DNA of 64,000 bases from an uncultured Eubacteriales bacterium. GTDB lineage: Bacteria; Actinomycetota; Coriobacteriia; Anaerosomatales; CAVRZR01. The stretch spans positions 146,054-210,053 of the forward strand of contig CAYGYT010000001.1 in the NCBI GenBank assembly GCA_964354215.1, given 5' to 3'. The notes beneath the pieces were generated by a model, which saw nothing but the letters and a program-made list of their open reading frames with translations, had not been told where the DNA came from and searched no databases. A program made the position numbers and the translations under genes. Below, in pieces: positions 62,442 to 64,000 of the stretch; positions within the stretch are counted from its first letter, which is position 1, and each line of letters begins with the position of its first letter.

Positions 62442-63626
62442 ATGAGCGGCACGAACGTCGGCTCGCCTCCCCCCGAGGCGCGGCTCGTGACGCTGGACGG
62501 CGAGGTGAGACTCTCCTCAGGGCAGAGTCTCACCTCCGTGCAGGTCGCGTACGAGACGTTCGGCGAACTCAACGAGAAGAAATCGAATGCCGTGCTGATC
62601 TGCCACGCGCTGTCCGGCGACTCGCACGTCACAAGTGGGGCCAGCGGGCGCGAAGGCTGGTGGGAGCCGCTCGTGGGACCGGGCCGGGCCATCGACACCG
62701 ACCGCCTGCACGTGATCTGCAGCAACGTGCTCGGAGGGTGCAGCGGCACGACCGGTCCGGGCTCGATCGATTCCGCGACCGGCAAGCGGTACGGCCGGAG
62801 CTTCCCGCTCGTCACCGTCGAGGACATGGTGGACGCGCAGATCCGCGTGCTCGACGAGCTTGGCATCGAGCGGCTCGCGGCGGTCATCGGCGGCTCGATG
62901 GGCGGCATGCAGGCGCTCGCGTGGGGCAAGCGCTATCCACACCGCGTCGCATCCGTGATCGCGGATGCGACGACCCCGCGTCTCGCGGCCCAGGCGATCG
63001 GCTTCAACGAGGTCGGCCGCCAGGCCATACTCGAGGACCCGGCCTTCGCGGACGGCGACTACTACGACAACGCGGTGCAGCCCGACGCGGGTCTCGCGAT
63101 CGCACGCATGATCGGGCACATCACGTACCTCTCGGACGAGTCGATGCGCGAGAAGTTCGGCCGGCGGCTGAAGGACCGCGACGACTACGCGTTCGAGTTC
63201 GTGCACGAGTTCGAGGTAGAGACCTATCTTGCCCACCAGGGGAGGCGCTTTATCGAGCGCTTCGACGCGAACACGTATCTCTACATGACGAAGGCGATGG
63301 ACTACTTCGATCTGTGCGGGAGTGATGCGAGCCTCGCCGAGGCTGTCGCAGGCATGCCCGAGCGCTTCCTCGTGCTCTCGTTCTCGAGTGACTGGCTCTT
63401 CCCGACCTACCAGGCACGGCAGCTCGTTGACGCGTTGCTCGTCACCGGGAAGGCGGTCACATTCGCCGAGGTCCCCAGCCCCTACGGCCACGACGCGTTC
63501 CTGCTCGAGGTGGACGCGCAGACCGCACTCGTCAGGCCGTTTCTCGAGAACTCGGTGCGCGCGAACGGCGCTCAACTGAGAGGCGTCTTGCCGAGCGGGC
63601 CGCTGACAAAGGCGGTGGCATCATGA
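62442..63626 (+). CDS. metX: Homoserine O-acetyltransferase
   Basis: Blocks seen: NAVLICHALSGDSH, GWW..LVGPG.AIDT....VIC.N.LG.C.G.TGP, GGSMGGMQAL.W and D.LFP. Confidence 0.9.
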   Translation: MSGTNVGSPPPEARLVTLDGEVRLSSGQSLTSVQVAYETFGELNEKKSNAVLICHALSGDSHVTSGASGREGWWEPLVGPGRAIDTDRLHVICSNVLGGCSGTTGPGSIDSATGKRYGRSFPLVTVEDMVDAQIRVLDELGIERLAAVIGGSMGGMQALAWGKRYPHRVASVIADATTPRLAAQAIGFNEVGRQAILEDPAFADGDYYDNAVQPDAGLAIARMIGHITYLSDESMREKFGRRLKDRDDYAFEFVHEFEVETYLAHQGRRFIERFDANTYLYMTKAMDYFDLCGSDASLAEAVAGMPERFLVLSFSSDWLFPTYQARQLVDALLVTGKAVTFAEVPSPYGHDAFLLEVDAQTALVRPFLENSVRANGAQLRGVLPSGPLTKAVAS

Positions 63627-64000
63627 CCGCGGCAGAGCTGCTCAGACGCGACTTCGCACTGATCGCCGACCGCGTCCCGCACGGTGCGCGTGTGCTGGAC
63701 CTCGGGTGCGGTGATGGCCGTCTGCTCGAGCTCGTCCGAGAAGCGCGGGGAGCTACGGTCACCGGAGTCGAGCTGGATCTCGACGACATCGCCGCGTGCA
63801 TTGCACGCGACATCCCCGTCATCCAGGCCGACCTCGATGCTGGTCTGGCCGGCTTCCCCGACGACGTATTCGACTGCGTGATCTTGTCTCAGACACTGCA
63901 AGTCGTGCGCAAACCCGCACTCGTCGTGCGCGAGATGCTCCGAGTGGGCGCCCGCGGCATCGTCTCGTTCCCGAACTTCGGCCACTGGAGGGTGCGCTCC
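63622..64000 (+). CDS. metW: Methionine biosynthesis protein MetW (3' end cut by window edge)
   Basis: The ATG overlaps the metX stop. My translation gives RVLDLGCGDGRLL, VILSQTLQ, EMLRVG..GIVSFPNFGHW. This ORF is absent from the supplied track because it has no stop within the window. Confidence 0.85.

Noticed and set aside
1-64000. A search across the whole window for CRISPR arrays, IS elements, transposases, integrases, rRNA and large direct or inverted repeats.
   Set aside because: I recognised no regularly spaced repeat array, no DDE/tyrosine/serine recombinase motifs and no rRNA-like sequence. Only the short 15-bp duplication in larC and internal protein repeats (the PASTA x4) were seen.

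Overview
This is a high-GC chromosomal segment that looks like Actinomycetota. The evidence is a UPF0182 protein, an fhaA-fhaB-pstP-rodA/pbpA-pknB cell-envelope signalling cluster, and GTG/TTG starts preceded by GGAGG-type ribosome-binding (SD) sites. I call about 55 protein genes, 2 tRNAs (Arg-CCT, Leu-CAG), and two riboswitch-class leaders: a T-box upstream of an aminotransferase-ddl pair, and an M-box upstream of an atypical MgtE-like/NRAMP pair. Other content is a HicAB toxin-antitoxin pair beside a decayed MNT/HepT remnant, an ABC importer, several transporters, c-di-GMP enzymes, a hybrid histidine kinase with two stand-alone receivers, larB-larC, pheA and metY-metX-metW. I recognised no CRISPR array, transposase or integrase. 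The most unusual locus is a 9.15 kb, translationally coupled pair of giant ORFs of about 1550 and 1497 aa (28880..38031, minus strand). I found no recognisable catalytic or repeat motifs in either. The first carries a Tat-like leader. The pair lies directly downstream of pknB and upstream of a co-oriented set of predicted exported hydrolases. All functional calls rest on motif recognition by eye; no database search was run. Many long alternate-frame ORFs in the supplied track are high-GC artefacts and were ignored.
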